From positions 1-36,016 of IMG/VR virus record IMGVR_UViG_3300034053_000055: a stretch of DNA of 36,016 bases; one strand, 5' to 3'. The DNA comes from a virus (lineage: Duplodnaviria; Caudoviricetes). The translations under genes and the position numbers were made by a program. Positions 35,065 through 36,016 of this stretch are shown here, piece by piece; within the stretch, counting starts at the first letter, position 1; each line of letters opens with the position of its first letter. The notes under the pieces are model-generated. The model made no database searches and was not told where the DNA came from. It was given only the letters and a program-made list of their open reading frames with translations.

Positions 35065-36016
35065 CCTGGAGCCTCGACACCTCCTGCGGCGACGAAGCGG
35101 CAAAAATCCGCTTCGAGGTGCTGCCCTACCTCGCCCGCGGCGGCCTGGACATCGGCTGCGGCCCGCGCAAGGTCTGGCCGCACCTGATCGGCATCGATTC
35201 CGGAAAGGACACCGAGCTGTTCGGCGTCGCCATGCGCCCGGACATCGTCGTCGCCCACGCCGCCCGCCTGCCGCTGTTCGCCGACCAGGCGGTCGACGCG
35301 GTATTTTCATCGCACTGCCTGGAGCACATCGAGGACTGGCAGGCCGCGCTGCGCGAGTGGTGGCGGCTGGTCAAGGTCGGCGGCCACCTCTGCCTCTACC
35401 TGCCGCACGCCGACCTCTACCCGAACATCGGCCAGCCGGGCGCCAACCCGGACCACAAGCACGACTTCCGCCCGGAAGACCTGCGCGCCTTCTTCGCGCT
35501 GGCCTTCCCGGACTGGACCTTGCTCGACGCGCAGACCCGCGATCAGGGCAACGAGTACAGTTTTTTGCTGGTCTGGCGGAAGGAAGCCACCGGCGCCGGC
35601 CAGCGCGACAGCACCACCGTCGCCGATCCGCGTCCGAGCGCCGGCCTGGTGCGCATCGGCGCCTATGGCGATGCCCTGTGGGCCAGTTCGCCGGCCGCCC
35701 TGCTGCAGGAGCAGGGCTACCGCGTCACCGCCTACGTCGCCGCCACCGGCGCCGAAGTCCTGCGCCACGACCCGCACATCGACCGTCTGGTCTTCCTGCC
35801 CAATGGAGTCCTGGACGACGACGACCTCCTGGCCTTCTGGGCGCATGAGGCCGCCAAACACGACCGCTGGATCAACCTGATCGGCAGCGTCGAGCAGCGC
35901 CTGCTCTACCACCCGAGCAGCAACGAGTTCTACCTGCCGCAGGCCCTGCGCCACCGCTTCGGCAACCACAACTACCTGGAGATGATCCACGACTACGCCG
36001 GTCTGCCGCATCGCTT
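35061..36016 (+). CDS. class I SAM methyltransferase fused to a GT9-like glycosyltransferase (runs off the end)
   Basis: LDIGCG, DAVFSSHCLEH, WRLVKVGG, then LVRIGAYGDALWAS...LRHDPHID (GT9 N-terminus). Confidence 0.85.
   Translation, partial: MTWSLDTSCGDEAAKIRFEVLPYLARGGLDIGCGPRKVWPHLIGIDSGKDTELFGVAMRPDIVVAHAARLPLFADQAVDAVFSSHCLEHIEDWQAALREWWRLVKVGGHLCLYLPHADLYPNIGQPGANPDHKHDFRPEDLRAFFALAFPDWTLLDAQTRDQGNEYSFLLVWRKEATGAGQRDSTTVADPRPSAGLVRIGAYGDALWASSPAALLQEQGYRVTAYVAATGAEVLRHDPHIDRLVFLPNGVLDDDDLLAFWAHEAAKHDRWINLIGSVEQRLLYHPSSNEFYLPQALRHRFGNHNYLEMIHDYAGLPHR

Noticed and set aside
32885-35080. 731-aa minus-strand ORF
   Set aside because: Shadow of the protease-capsid gene

Overview
This window looks like an essentially complete, circularly permuted ~36 kb genome of a high-GC temperate lambda-like siphophage, probably from a betaproteobacterial host. 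A methyltransferase-glycosyltransferase gene is cut at the right end and resumes in frame at the left end. Gene order: head-tail connectors and tail (532-9947); tRNA-Val(CAC) and att region, HNH, integrase, xis (9959-11777); leftward early operon (11771-16779); immunity region (16786-18205); primase-helicase and origin (19209-21702); cos, terminase, Mor-like activator, portal; lysis and fibre module; protease-major capsid fusion. The most striking feature is four canonical integron attC sites (12954-14337) in the early left operon. The R'' of each downstream site is complementary to the R' of the preceding site, the signature of IntI-assembled gene cassettes. The cargo (an MT-A70 methyltransferase, small phage proteins, probably a C4-RNA module) lies antisense to the attC top strand and is expressed from phage PL, with coding signals inside the attC hairpins. 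No IntI is encoded, so the phage may use host integron machinery to diversify its early genes. All family assignments are from motifs recognised by eye; no searches were run.
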